From Lama guanicoe (Eukaryota): a stretch of 64,000 nt of DNA. This document shows positions 1 to 14,133 of the stretch, piece after piece. The position numbers and the translations under genes are program-made. The DNA lies in assembly GCA_013239625.1 (NCBI GenBank), contig MU053557.1, positions 937,063 through 1,001,062 on the forward strand. Direction: 5' to 3'. Below the pieces are notes generated by a model. It did no database searches and was not told the DNA's origin. It worked only from the letters and a program-made list of their open reading frames with translations. The first letter of the stretch is position 1. Every line of letters starts with the position of its first letter.

Positions 1-1409
1 GAGGTGTCACACTAATTCTTCTGTCAACGGTATATGCAGTTAAAAAGTAGGCCTCTTAGAGGCTGATTCTGAGTGTATCTTTATGATGGAATGTCAGCCC
101 TTGGCACCTGGGGAAGTTAGGTTTCCCCTCACCTCCTCTTCCCCCACAAGGAGGCAGGAATCTGGCACTGTAATTTCTTACCTCTCCTTACTGGTTGTGA
201 AGATCGGTGCGACGATGCAGGTAACGCGTCCAGCCCTGTGTATGGCATAGGGTGGGTGTAAATGTAGGTCAGCGTTATCATCACTTAGTGTCTGTCTGTC
301 TCTCTCTGTCCATTAGGCTTGTGGTCATATTAAAGGAATCTGCTTTCTCCACCCTGCTCTGTCCTGTGTTAATCACTGTGCTCAGTAATGAACTCTTCCT
401 GAGAGCTTTTCTTCCCCAGATGATGGACTGTTGAGATAGGAAACCCTCCCCAGTTGGGTTTGATTTGGCCTACAAGGTCCCAGACGGGGCTCGAGACCTG
501 CACCTGGGCTCTGACAGCACTGCTGGGCCCCTTTCTCTTTCCTTATTGTAAAACAAGGGTGCTCAGTGGCCTGGAAGATCCCTTCTGGGTCTCTCACTCT
601 GTGGCTCTGCCTGGGCCTGCCCACGGCGAGTTCTGCATCACACCCCGGTTGGCCTGCTCATGGCTGTGCTTCTCACGGTCCGAAGTTTTTCTGGTTACCT
701 TCGACTTCAAAGCCGTTTATGACTTATAAATGTTCCAAGACAGTTCTTTTTTTTTTATCTGTGATTCTCAAAAAAATCACAGTGTTCTCTGGCTCTTAAA
801 CCACTGCTCTAGGTTAATTTGGCTTTTTTTTTTTCTTCCACCAGGAAGTTCAACAGAAATTTATGTTTGCTTTTATCAATAAGCCATAGATTGTTGTATT
901 TTGATTTTACCCCTTTGAGGAGGTATCACATACTGATTGGTTATTGAAAATTCCTTAAGCAGTATTGGCAAATGTTAAATCTTACTCATCTGGCAAAGGG
1001 CTTTTTTTCCTGTGCTAATTAAGTGCGTACTTCAAACACTGTTGATTGCTGCCAGGGCAGCCCGGGTAGAACGAAGGCCGGCGGAGGGGTGTGACATACC
1101 CTGACATCAGGAAGGGTGCCAGAACTCTTCAGCCTTCATTTACTTTATTTTCACTTCTCTCCAGTGAACATGGGGAAGGGAGCTGAGGTTTCTTTTATAA
1201 ATATAATGATAAAAGACCCATGAAAATCTACATTTTCAAGTTGTCTAATCAGTTGATTAATTTCTAAAGCTACTGAAGGGCTGGAAACCCTGGGACTATC
1301 ACATCTCGAAGTCAATACTTTAACCCTTTTGGCGTCTTAGTGTTTTTGAAATGTTTCTAGTAGAAAATCCTTGTGATGTTGAATCATGTGTCCAACAAAA
1401 AGAGCAGAG

Positions 1410-1630
1410 AGTTGGTATTAAAAGAAATCTGAGTTTGAATTCTCAGTCTTCCACTTGTAAACTCGGTAACTTTGGGTCAGATAGTTAGCCATTTTAAGCT
1501 ACAGTCTCCTTGCCCATAAAAAGTAAAGAGAATACCATCCACTTAACAGAGTTATTGTGAAGGTTAAATTATCTAAACTCCTAAGCACAACGCTAGGCAC
1601 TTAGGGTCCTCAACAAATGAGAGCTATTGT
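1410..1630 (+). mobile_element. MIR SINE
   Basis: Degenerate MIR core and tail (tttgaattctcag...ttattgtgaaggttaaa...ggcacttag). Confidence 0.7.
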
Positions 1631-1959
1631 TTTGATGCTAAGTTTCTGGTTTTCGAGGTACAGCTATTATCTTGTTCACTGTTGGAGTAGCTGGGTACAG
1701 CAGGTGGTAGTATCATTACCTTTGTGTGTCTTTTGAGAGTGTTAATCAAATTTGTTGGGACTAGTGTAGCCAAGAGGCTATGATTCCAGAGAAGAAACAA
1801 GTTACCTGCAAAGTGGCTCAGAAAAGTGACTGTACTTGTGCCCTAAAGCACAGGCCAGTGTCAGTGCTGGAACTGCACACGTGCTGAGAGCATGGAAGAT
1901 AAGCTAGACAGACATTAAGTGTTTCTATGAATTTGATGTCGTATTCAAGACTTACTGTA

Positions 1960-2440
1960 AGTAACACAACATGAAATTTCCCTAGATTAGGCAAAAAGAG
2001 AATTTCTTGGCTTATAAAATTATAAGCCTAGAAATGGGACCAACTTGTGATACCGCGAGATGGAGGGCTTGGTCTCTTGACTGTTCTTCTTCTTCATGCA
2101 TGACTGTCCTCTCCAACCAATAAGGAAGATGGCCAGTGAACTCACATTCTCCTAGCTTGGTGTGTTCCGCATCATAGAACAGATACTACCCATCAGTTTC
2201 AGCAAAACAGCCCCAGCAAGGACTCCAGTTCTCCCAGCCTGGGTCACATGACCATGCCTGAATCACCCACTGTGCTTGGGAGATAGGAAGTCCACACGTG
2301 GGCCACATGTCCTCCTCTTGTGGCTAGGCACAGCACCATGGTTGACAGCCCCTTCAGGACACCATGGAATAGGGAAAGGGAAGCTCCCTGAAGGAAAAGA
2401 AGGGTGTTTTTACTGGAAAGGGGGGACAAACAAACCTTAT
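1960..2440 (-). mobile_element. Old MaLR LTR (MLT1-like)
   Basis: gggtcacatgaccatgcctgaatcacccactgtg and flanking motifs resemble reverse MLT1 LTRs. Confidence 0.45.
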
Positions 2441-3287
2441 AATAATTTCATATACATTTCATTCTAAGAGAGAAAAGACCGTGAGATATTGATTGAGAGG
2501 AGTTGTAGGGGAACTTATTATTTAGGGGACTTGTTCAAGCTTGTGAAAACTGAAGAAGAAAATTGTGAAAGGAAGTGGCCAGGATGAAGGGGACTAAGTG
2601 GGAAAAGGGATGAGGATGGGCCCCAGCACTCCCTATGAAATGGCTGAGAAGGGCTTTGGGGGACAGGAGTAATTAAATATGGTCTTAGCTGAAAAATGCT
2701 GAGGCTAAGAGGAGGAAATACAATAAGGAGGAAGAAAGCAAGAAAAGGACACAAAGGACCTGGAAAATGAAATAAGTGTGTCATTAAGGAACACTTGAAA
2801 GAGCGAGGCGGTAGAACAGGAAGTTAAAATTCAGGATTTCTTGCCATACACACAGCATTGCACTGCTTTATTTAGAGAGAAACCTTAAAGGTTTCTCTGA
2901 GCTAGGAGGGTGTCTGAAATTCAACAAAGTGGAAAATTACATGCCTAGAGACCATAGTTGAGTGGTTAGGAAAGTTAATTTTTACTTAAATTGTATAATG
3001 CCTTTAGGGATTTGGGGACATTAATAGATAATTATGAGTGATAATTAGCTAATAAATATATATCCAATTATTCAGTTCTGGATGGATTTTGCCATCATTT
3101 CTGTTGGTGAGTATGTTTTATGTTTTTGTCACATGTGCATTAAATGTCTAGTGATATGCTTAAATATTTTCCATTCTAATAACCTCTGCATATCTGTTTT
3201 TTTTTTTTTTTGGGCAGAAGGTTTACTGCCTCTCACATACACTCTAAGCCAAAAATGACTTTCCGTATGCATCATCCATTTCCTCTT

Positions 3288-3660
3288 TCATTCATTTTCA
3301 CGCAGGTATTTCCCGAACATCTACCGTGTGCCCCAGAGTGTGCATTAGAATTCACAAGGGAATAGACATAAGCCTTAACACAGGAAAACAGACATTAGAC
3401 CAGCCTAGAAACACATCCATAGTTATGCAGTGTGGTTGTGTGATGGAAACAGGCTGGAGGTTGGGACTGGCTTAAACTGTGTTGGGGGAGAGACATATGA
3501 AGAACTTTGAGAAAGGAATGTGTAAGCCGAGCTCTTGAAGACAAAAAAGAGCTGAAGAGGTGAAAATCAGAAGAATAAGTGCTGCTGGCAGAGGGAAGAG
3601 CCAGTGCAGAACCCTTAGTAAGGAATAAGAAAGGGCAGTAGGGCAGCAACTGAACTGAGG
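3288..3660 (-). mobile_element. L2 LINE 3' fragment
   Basis: cattcatt...tatttcccgaacatctaccgtgtgcc is the reverse L2 3' end, followed by purine-rich L2 body. Confidence 0.6.
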
Positions 3661-3761
3661 CGGTGGTTCTTTTCCTTCCCTTCCCTAACTCCTCTGTTAA
3701 TTCACATGGTCCAGCAAGTCAAGAGCTGTGTCTTTCTTTTCTGTTGCATCCCTGGCGGGGT

Positions 3762-4311
3762 CAGTGTGCTCTTACTAAGCTGTTGTCTCTCAGCTCCAAA
3801 CCCACACCCTCTACTGTGCAATGTGATGCTGGGGCTAGGATTCAGCTCACCACCCTTTTAATTGATCCAACTGGCTTCCTTTTAGGTTCCGTCCATAGCG
3901 GGCGCTAGAGGAAGACTATAATACAGGGAGAGAAGGACTCCTTTGTTTCCTGCTCATCAGCATCAATCCAGAAGCAATTGGTCCCAGTTCCCAATTTTGT
4001 TTCTTTTTCTGTAATCCCCAGACCAGGCCACTTCAGCGAGACCAGGACCAGCAGGCAGGGTGCCCTTCTCAGACACCTAGGTCCCACCTCCACAGGATGA
4101 CTCTGGCTAGCTTCAGGTTCTACTAACCCCATCGTCTCCCCAGCCCTAAGGGAGGTAGCTGCCTCTTGCAATCACTATCTTGGACTCCTCCATGCCACTT
4201 TTTTTGCATTTTCACTCCTCCAACGTCTGCTTAAACATTCCTGGTATTAAATTCTCCATGTTAAGATAACAGGTGGAATGTCTGTTTTCCTAACTGGCCC
4301 TGACTGATGCA
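3762..4311 (+). mobile_element. ERVL solo LTR (LTR33-like)
   Basis: Starts with ctcttactaagctgttgtctctcagctccaaaccc, has ATTAAA near the end and terminates ...ggccctgactgatgca. Confidence 0.6.
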
Positions 4312-5479
4312 TAGGTAGTTTCACTGTTTACAGTTGCCCAAACTTGCCACCTCTTAATGAGGGTCCCCAGCTGGGCCCATCCAAGGCCAAATGTCCATGA
4401 GTGGAAAAGCTAAGTCGCAAGCAAGAAATGATGTGATGGTCAAGCTGGAAGATGCATTTTGCACAGTCTGCCTGTTTCCAATCTCCTCTATGCAATATCT
4501 TTTCCAAGGCTGGCAGAATTATAAAAATATCAATTTGGGCATTATTGACTTTTCAGCTGGGATACCAAGAAAGTGTTTCAGCAGCCTCGATAAATTAAAT
4601 CTGGCCACCTAGCTCCCAGACTGGCAGGCTCCTACATCATTGACAGAGAAGACAGGGGAAAGCAGTTTTCCCAGCTGTTGCTGTAAATGATGTGCATTGT
4701 GTTTGCAACCATTAGCAGGTGGAGGATTTGAAGTGTGGGTAGATTGCAGAGCTGCCTCTTTTAAAAATGCATAAGCACTTTGTGAGTTTGCTAAGTCATG
4801 TTTCACTCAGCTCGGTTTGAATTTTTCATAGGGGAGAAAGATTCTGTAGTCTTTCCTCTTTTATTCCTTCTATGTCAGTAAGAACTTAGGGCTACAGTGG
4901 AAAGGGGCCAAGTCCAATCATATAATTTTCTTGATTGGTCCTCAATTTTTTCCAAGTTGTAAAATGTTGGAAGATTTAGTGTTTAAGGACTTGAGTCTGT
5001 TGAGTTTCCTGCCCTTCCCCGTTTAATCCAGAAGACAGATTCCTCCAGGCTCTGGGTTTAAATTTATTCGATGTGTCTTCAAGTAAAATTTTACCCTGGA
5101 AGACTCATCCGTTTGTGAAATCCTAAGCACTGCAAACTGTAAAGGAGCCTTCTATCCAAAGTGATGCCCTGGTCCCACACTATCTACCAGACACTGTATG
5201 TGCTAGCGGTTACTCTCCATTCCCAAGACAAAGTCAGACCTTACAAAGTGCTCGGTAGATACTTCCCTAATGAATCCAGTTATAGCATCAGTGCTCTTCC
5301 TAACGTGATATTCCAGCCAGACCCCAGCATCCGTTGTACAGCATTTTAGTGGAAGCATCACCATCATATCTAACAAGCTCCTGACTGGTTTTGTTCCTGT
5401 AGGTCAGTGTGTGACTCCTAGTAGAATAAATGTATATGGTGACTGAAACGCTTATTGGATGCCACAAACCATGAAACAC

Positions 5480-5650
5480 CTTTGCCTTAACTTTTTCATT
5501 TAATTTTCCTAAACCCCTTATGAGGAAGATACTGTTATGAGCCTTATTTTTCAGACAAGGAAGCTGTGGCTCAGGGAGGTAAAGTAACTTATCCAAGCTG
5601 ACATATTGTGGGGCCTGATTCTGGAGCCTGAAATTTGTCTGCTCTGCTAT
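5480..5650 (-). mobile_element. MIR SINE
   Basis: attttcagacaaggaagctgtggctcagggaggtaaagtaacttatccaag is the reverse MIR core. Confidence 0.7.
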
Positions 5651-8379
5651 CAACTTCACATAACTCAACACATGTGTTTGCCTCACTCATTTAATCATCA
5701 GACATTTATCAAACCTCTGTTGTGTGCCAGACAGCAAAAATTGATGTCCAACAAATTCAACAATGGTTTGCTTAAAAATAAGGACAAGCTATTAGCCTCT
5801 TTGACCAGCAACTAGTTAATACATCCCCTCAAAAGGCAGCAGGTGTTTTTCTTTTTTATTATAATGAAACAGACTTCTCTTAGAATGAAATGGTTTTCTC
5901 TCTGTATCTGACTAATCAATTGTAACCTGTTTTCTCCACAAATGGAGAGCCAGTATTGAAACCTCAGGAAATGGAGAGCAAAAGTATGTTGCAATCTGAA
6001 GTACCAAGGTATTTAGGAGATCATGGTTTGCTGTGATGGAGGGGATTCTAGCGTACCCTGAGTTACATAATTGACCTTTCATAGATCTTTGTGCCCTTTC
6101 TAGGACTGGTGAGCACATGTCAGTGGGACTGCAAGGGCAAAAGGGTCTTCTGTGTTCTGGTTTAAAACTTCGGTCTTCTGTGGTTAAATTCTTGGGATGG
6201 GTAGCATCAGACAATGCTTCCAAAGAAGAAACAGCAAGATTCTCGTCTTACATTTTGGTTATTTTTCAAATTTCATAATGACTCTTCCCACAGCAGCTCC
6301 CGCTGGACTGTATTAATCCCATCGTCTTCCTTGATTTCAACCTAATGTATAGACTTCAGAAGCCATCTTACAAATTATCTTTCCAAAAGAGTAAAAACAT
6401 TCAAATGTACTCATAAAATATTGAAACATGTGGTAGTCTAACAGGCTCCCCTAAAATTAAGTTGTTCCATTTCCCTTTAATAGTGAAAGTGCTTAGAATA
6501 AGTAGAAAGTAATGAGAAAGTAATACTTCTGTTTTTCCCGGAAGCTGGAAGATGCCAGCTGACATTTAAACCCCTGCTCATCCCAGCCGTTCAGGCAGGA
6601 AGCAGCGCATCCGTGCCAGGTTCTTGGCTGGGGCAGGTAGTGGAGGGCTGCGTGTAGTTTTCCACCTGAATACACAGAACTCCCTCCCATGATGGTGTTT
6701 GTGTTGTGAAAATGCCTTTTAGAAAAGCCTCGGGTTTCACTCCAGGTCCACTGAATGGAATGACTTTACCATGAGGAAGATAACTCTTGGGCAGGGAAAC
6801 ACAGGCTTGTATTTCTTCTGGTTCAGCTGGGTTAATGGCCAAAGTATTTTGTCATCTTCTGTAAAGGTAATAGGCAGGCGTATTCTAGCACATAGTTCCT
6901 CTCGTTTCTTTCTCCTGTTCCTCTTTCTTTTTTTAGAAGCTGAGTTCAGTTTCTGAACTTTTCTCAAGAAAGGGCAAACTAGATCAGCTCTGACTTGATG
7001 TGATTACTTTTCCTTGACCCAATTCCTTAGAGACTTTTCCCCATTGAGCCATATTAGTATGGGGATGGCCAGGTTTGCAGAGGCAGAGGCAGATTCTGCC
7101 TTCTGAAGGAGAAAAAAAGTTCACCTCAGAATCTAGGCTGGCAGACAGAAAACGTTTCCTATCACTGATATTTTCAGTCACCAGCTGGTACATGTTGAAC
7201 AGTTTTTCTGTTGCACGGAAGATATTTATTTGTAATAGCCTGAGATAACTAGGACATTACTGCTGGGGTGATTCCTTTTGGCTAATTGGATTGTTGCATT
7301 TCACTTAATGGGTATATAAATACAATGATTCCACATTTTAAAAAGTGGTTTGAAGGAGCAGACATATATTGAGATACTTTTGGCATTGTAATTTACAGGG
7401 ACTGTGTTTTTTTCACTCTCGCTGGAAAAAATGTAGAAATTGCTATAAATATTTACATCATTTAGATACAAAGAGGACAGGCATTGTACAAGAAGACAGG
7501 ATATAACTCTCCTAATAGTTTCCATTCTAGGGCTCCTCTACTTTGACCACATTAGAAATGACAGTAAAATGGGATCTTTTTAATGTGACTTACATTCATG
7601 GGAATAAGATATAGTGCAAATCAAAACTGGGTCTCCTTTAAAACATATAAACATACTATATTATCCATGTCCTCAATATTAGCATCATAAAGTAGATTGA
7701 TTTCCCTTTATTTTTTATGGCTTAAATGCAGTGTACTATATGAGGTACCCAGTGTATCACCTGTGATCATCAAACAGTATTAAGTTTGTAACTCCAAGAA
7801 GACTATGGTTGTTCAGAGGGTGGAGGGCTGGGAGCAGTGACTTACATTTAGGAAATTGCTTTGTGCCATGATTGGGGGTTTTTTAGTTCAGGGAGCCACC
7901 AACTGTGTATCTGAAAAATGGCTCTCCCTCTAAATAGCTGAATGCAGTACTATGAATCAAGCCGCAGGCAGACAGGGATAGAGGAATTCACACTGGCTTA
8001 GATATAAATGTAGGGGCTCATATAAGTGAAAAGCTCAGTGACAGATCTGCCTTCAGATATGGCTGGATCCAGGTATTTACATTTTTACTGGAATAGTCTT
8101 TCATTGAATTTCTACACTGTGACCCAAGCTATTTTCTGCAATTACAATAATGGACACTTTACTGTGTCTACCTCAGGGAGCTTATGGCATAGTAGCTGAG
8201 ATGCCGAAGGTAGAAAAGAATTACAACAAACATGATATGTACAATAATAAAGGCACTTACAAAATAAAACCATAATTCAGAGTTAAACTTGACAAATATT
8301 TCTGAGGAGAGATGAACAAGGACTTTAGAGAGAAGTTACAAAATTGTTTTGAAAGAGAAGCAGGAATTTCATAAACAGC

Positions 8380-8610
8380 CTTGATTATAGTATTTGGGAG
8401 ATCTGTATTCAAATCCGAGCTCTGCCATTTACAAATTGTGCCATTACAAATTGTGCAAGTTTCTTACATTTCCAGGGCCTTAGTTTCTTTGTGTGGAAAC
8501 TGGGAGTGGAGTTACTTTCTTAGAATTATCATGAGGGTCTGGCGAGTTGATGAGTGCACAGAGCTACATGGGGCTGGTGCAGAGTAAGCCTCCCTGACTA
8601 GTAGCTGTCA
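8380..8610 (+). mobile_element. MIR SINE
   Basis: ttcaaatccgagctctgccattt...ccttagtttctttgtgtggaaactggg. Confidence 0.65.
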
Positions 8611-8689
8611 TTGCACTCTCATGGACTCCCCCTGTTGTACCTGCCTGCAGTGATACAGGGCATTAGATTAGAGTTTAATCGGCCTCAGT

Positions 8690-8900
8690 AAAATCAGCTA
8701 GCATTGAGTGCTTCCCGTGTACCTCAGACTGCATGTAGAGTTTCACTTGGCATATCTAAATCCGCCCTACAACTCTAGGCAGTAGGGGTGTTATTATTCT
8801 CATCTCACAGATGAGGAAACAGAAGCCTCGAGAATTTAAGGGGCCTGCCAAGGTAGTAAGGCTCATGAAGGGTGTAGCTGAGTAACTATCTGACTCTGTT
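8690..8900 (-). mobile_element. MIR SINE
   Basis: attattctcatctcacagatgaggaaacagaagcctcgaga. Confidence 0.7.
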
Positions 8901-8989
8901 GCCTATGGGTGGAAGCATTAGCCTGCATTTCCTCTTAGCAGCATCTCATCATTAACTTCCTCCCCTCAATGGATTTGGCTGCTGGGTAG

Positions 8990-9586
<597 letters not shown>

Positions 9587-9635
9587 GGGCAGGCTGGGGG
9601 GGGGGGGGAAGAAACAAACCGTGTCACCATTTTGA

Positions 9636-9641
9636 AATAAA
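9636..9641 (+). terminator. Candidate proximal poly(A) signal
   Basis: AATAAA 50 nt after the stop codon. The downstream element is weak. Confidence 0.3.
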
Positions 9642-12600
9642 CCTCCTAAACAGAATCCACATTTGAAAAGAAAAACAACAATCCACGTTTATTAGAACAC
9701 AATAGCTCATTGACCTATTACTACTGCCTACTTACCTAGTTCACCTTAACACGTAAAGCCACAGGGTAGATTTCTCTCCAGATGTGCAAGTGTAAAAAAA
9801 TCTTTTTTTTTTTGGTGGGGGGGGAGTTATTTCTTTGTTTGTTAACTTGGTCCCATGTCCTGAGTATCTTATCTCTAAGGAGAGCCAGCTATGTAAGAAT
9901 AGCTGAGAAGACGTGGGAATCCTTCCTCCCAGACTGGGTTTTTCTCTCATCTTCTATCTCCCTCCTTTGAATGAGAATATGGTAGAGACCTGGCCCAATG
10001 GCATATGTTTGGATTTTTAAATTTTCCTTTTCCCTTTTGTTTATGGGGGAAGGGGTGGGGGGAATGGCAGATTTATATGACTTTTCACTCACATCGATTA
10101 TGTGCCAGTTTATAATGACCCCGTCTGCATGAGTGTTTGTGCAACACAAGCACAACGAAGTGTGTATATACATACGGCGCACGAGATCCCAGGGCCTGGA
10201 CGTCCTAAGGGCTGTGCTCACACTCCCAGCAGCACCCTCTTAGGGTCCTTCCGACACACGAGCCTCTGCTCTTTTCTTAAAGCCCTCCTGGGAAGGTTTC
10301 CCAGCCTCTCTTGGCAAGGCTTCCGAACATCCAATAACCCTCATCATCAACAAATCACCTTCCTTATTTCGAAATTATCACCCTCAGGCTCCACTTTACC
10401 ACGATGCTCTTTCTCTGTGCTAGGAGAGCTAGTCAAACTTTCTTTGTATTAAAGGAACCCAAACACCCATATCCACAAAAATGACTGCAAAACGACCCCA
10501 CACTCAGCCTGCCCTACCCTGGGCTGAATTACTTTCCTTCTCTCAGTATTTTCAGAGCTCTTACTGCCCGTGTTGTAACGGTGTGGCCTTCCCACATAGC
10601 CCACGTTGAGTTCTCTGCACTCCTGTGTAGCCGTGGGAATAAGAACAGCACAGAGTCCTTTAAGGCTCCCACTTTTTGTGCTCAGAGGAAAGTGTTTTTC
10701 ACATCCCTCCTAATCATTTCTCATAACCTTTTAAAACTACAGTGCTACATTGTTACTTTCTTGTAGCCAGATCTGTTTGCCTTTGGGATCTGGGATTTGG
10801 CTGTGTCCATACTAGGACTTGGCCGTCACTGATGTCTGTGAACAATCCATCTGGATAACTGGAGCCCCGAAATGATGACTCCGGCTTTCTAAACCGTCTT
10901 TCTTGATTACACCCTTGACTTGTATAGACACAGCCAAAAAGAAACTGTGAATAGCCATCCATCCATGTGACTCTGTATTCTATTCACCTACCAATAGTTC
11001 TTTCATAGACTTGTGGTAAATGAAGATTAGAGGCCAAGTTTTACCTTCAGCATTCCTCATGCAGTTAAGTGGAAACTGAAAAATAATTTGTCCATCATTA
11101 ATTGTGTGCCAAGCACTCCTAATTTCTTTCTTTTTATTATGTGTGTATGTATATATGTGTCACAGGTAATAAAGGCAACTGGATGGTGTCTGTAGGAAGG
11201 AAAAATAACGACCAGTGGCTTCTTTTTGAAATCTTTGATTGATACACGTTTATCATGTAAGAGATCCATCTTAATTTCTGTTATTATACCCATTAGTATA
11301 TGGATATCTTTCTGAATTTTTTGTAATTCTTGCCTTCACACCCGGGCAACAGACTTGGCCAGTGGTTTCTTGTCCTGATGATTTGAATGGAGTTTACAGT
11401 TTTACTTAAGTAAGAAAGAAAGATCATTTGGGGAGTTGAGTTGTCAAGAGAATTATAATTATGAATTTAAGTGGTATCCTTTTATGTGTTAATATATTAG
11501 TTGACGTTTGATCTTAACTGCAACATAGCTTTGTAAAGCCTAGCAGTAATCTTCAGTCTTTTCAATGTTTCTTTATGCCATATCAGAATACCACCGTCCT
11601 AATAATAGAAGATTTTGCAAAGGATCATAGAACTTCATGGGTCAAGAAGTTAAATTTGGTGAAAATATCCCTGAACTCACTTTGGTCAGATGATTCTTAC
11701 GGTCCTCCTGGAAGTGCTGTCAAAGAGTTGGGGGTCCGAATAAGAAGGGCAGAGTCCCAGCTTCCTTAAATTTCAAACCTGATTGTAATGGTATCAGATC
11801 AAGACACACTAGTAAGAATTAGGGAACTAGTAAGATGGCAGTCAACCCACTACTCTTACCGCATACTTTAAATAGGAAATTGAAGACTGCGAAGAAAATG
11901 TTCATGGCATCACTTCTCTGTCCTTTGCCCCGTCATGACTTTTTCCTGGGTAGGCAGTCTTTATACCCTCAATGAACAAAACTAGTGGGAAGTCTGTTTA
12001 AAACAACAATAAAATTTTTAATCTGGGTCAGGTCTAGGCTGATACCCACTCCAAAGTGTCCAAATAGCTGAAGCAACAGCATGCTCTTCTTGTGTGTGGG
12101 TGTTTGGTGCAGAGGTGATGGTAGACCTGGCCGGTGAAAGATTCTGCAGGGGCACCGAGTCACTGGACACCTTCAGTCCTAGCTTGAATGGGATTCGAGT
12201 GAGGGCTACGTGGCCTGCAACACTGGCAGTAAGTTCTGGGTGAGTTAGAAGGTTAAATACTGTAGTAGCCCTGGTAGTCACCATGAATCAGGCCCATTGT
12301 CCTGAACTTAACATAGTTTTAAAAACGTGTAGTTCAGTTCCAGGCAGAATGATACATATGGTTTGCTTCTTGGATATTCGTTATGACAAGGGCTGATAGG
12401 AAGAAACTAGTAGCATCAAATGGGTCAAATGGATGAGGACTCATATGTGCAGAGCCCCAACTTAAGTTGCCTCCTGGAAAATTCTGCAATGCTGAAACCC
12501 CCTGAGGTTTGAGTGTGGGGAGGCGGTGGTCATTCACTATGATATGTGGGTCTTCTGAAGTCAGAACCGTATTTATAATGTCCTCCTACCCACTGTCAAA

Positions 12601-13954
12601 AAGAGAGTGACCTGTGTTCAGCAGGAAAGGGGGAAGACAGGAAAATAAAACTGTGGGATCACTGTGGTAGTGTGCTCTCCCTGCCCCCACTAAGAAAAAT
12701 ACGGCACTGAGGAATGGCCATAAAACACAAAGTGAGGCGGCTTCCACAATACGCAGTGATGTTGTCTTTGGTAATTGTAGGCACAGTTATCTTCTGGAAA
12801 TGCATGCATGGTGAATTATAATAAAAGGGGAACAGTGCACAAATCATAAGTGTTCCCTTTGCTATTTATTCTTCCATAGCTTTGTCTGTCCCCAACTAAT
12901 TCGTTTGTTGGGGGCACATTTATTAAAAGAGCTAACATGGAAGTTTTCACTTTTCCACTGGCCTTATTTGATTCAGGGCCACCTTTATCCATAGGTGTGG
13001 ATGTGTATTGTTCATTCTGGGTCATCTTTGTTGTCTTTGCGTGTGTTTCTGGATTACTTTTGCTTCTCTGGGCTTTTGATTCCTTTCTGACTATCCTTTG
13101 TCTGTGCCAAGCGAAACATGCTCCAGGGAGAAAAAAGAAAAGGCGTATTTGGTGTTTTGCAAAATTACTTGACACCAGGTCCCGGAATGGGAACCAAACT
13201 TTGATTCTCATCTATTTTTCTTGGTTACAATTCCAACCTTGCAACTTGGTATTTATCATAGTGGATTAACTAAGAGCACTTCAGTGCTGATGTTTTTTGC
13301 TACTAGATGTAATGCCGTGGAACTTGACTAACCTTGGTCTTCTAGATGTTCTTTACTAGAGTTAAGACTCTGAACTTTTAGGAAGAATTCTTTGTCACCT
13401 CCACTCGACCTAACAGTTTTCAGAGGGAAAGTGCAGAGAGTCATTTTTCCCCCAATGACTCTGGCAGAGAGATGTTTTTTGCCAATTTGCATTCTGGGTT
13501 ATAGGTTTAGCGTGGGCTGTTTCTCTTTTAATGTCTTTGTATTGTTGGCATCTTGCAATCTTGATGGCCCACTATTCCAATTTATTTATTTTCTTTAATA
13601 CTGTCAAAATAACATGCTAGAGAAAGAATCAGAGTGAGCATTCTGTATTCTGAGTTAAAATGGAGTTAGATGTCATTTGTACGAGTCTGTACAATGATTA
13701 ATATCTGTAGAGAAATTAGACCAAATGAAACCTGCTAGAATGGTTTTGATTTATATTGTCTTCATCATTCTGATTTTAGATGAAATGGTTATTGCTTTCC
13801 ACCCCTGCTGAAAAAAGAGAGTGTTAAACTTTAATAATCACAGCACCATGATGCAAGCACAAAGCTTGTTCATTTGAAATGTCTGTTTTTCTCATCTTCA
13901 CATATACTTTAGAATAGAGACTCTCTCTCCTGTGACCTCCTCTGCAAACTTTTG

Positions 13955-14133
13955 GGCAGTGTTTCCAATACTCAGCATGCATAAAATCATTTGTAAAAAT
14001 GCAGCTTCCTTCACCCTAGCCCCGGAGAGTCTGATTCAGAAACTTCAAACAGGGCCAAGGAATCTTCATTGTGCGTCATTATCCTTAATGATTTTAATGA
14101 GATGGCTTGTGGACCTTTCTTTGAGAAACTGCT
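13955..14133. mobile_element. MER5-type hAT DNA transposon (in the 3' UTR)
   Basis: cagtgtttcc...tctgattcag...ggccaaggaatct...tttgagaaactgct. Confidence 0.6.

Noticed and set aside
8380..8900. Inverted MIR pair just upstream of the KCTD16 acceptor
   Set aside because: Too diverged to form a stable duplex.
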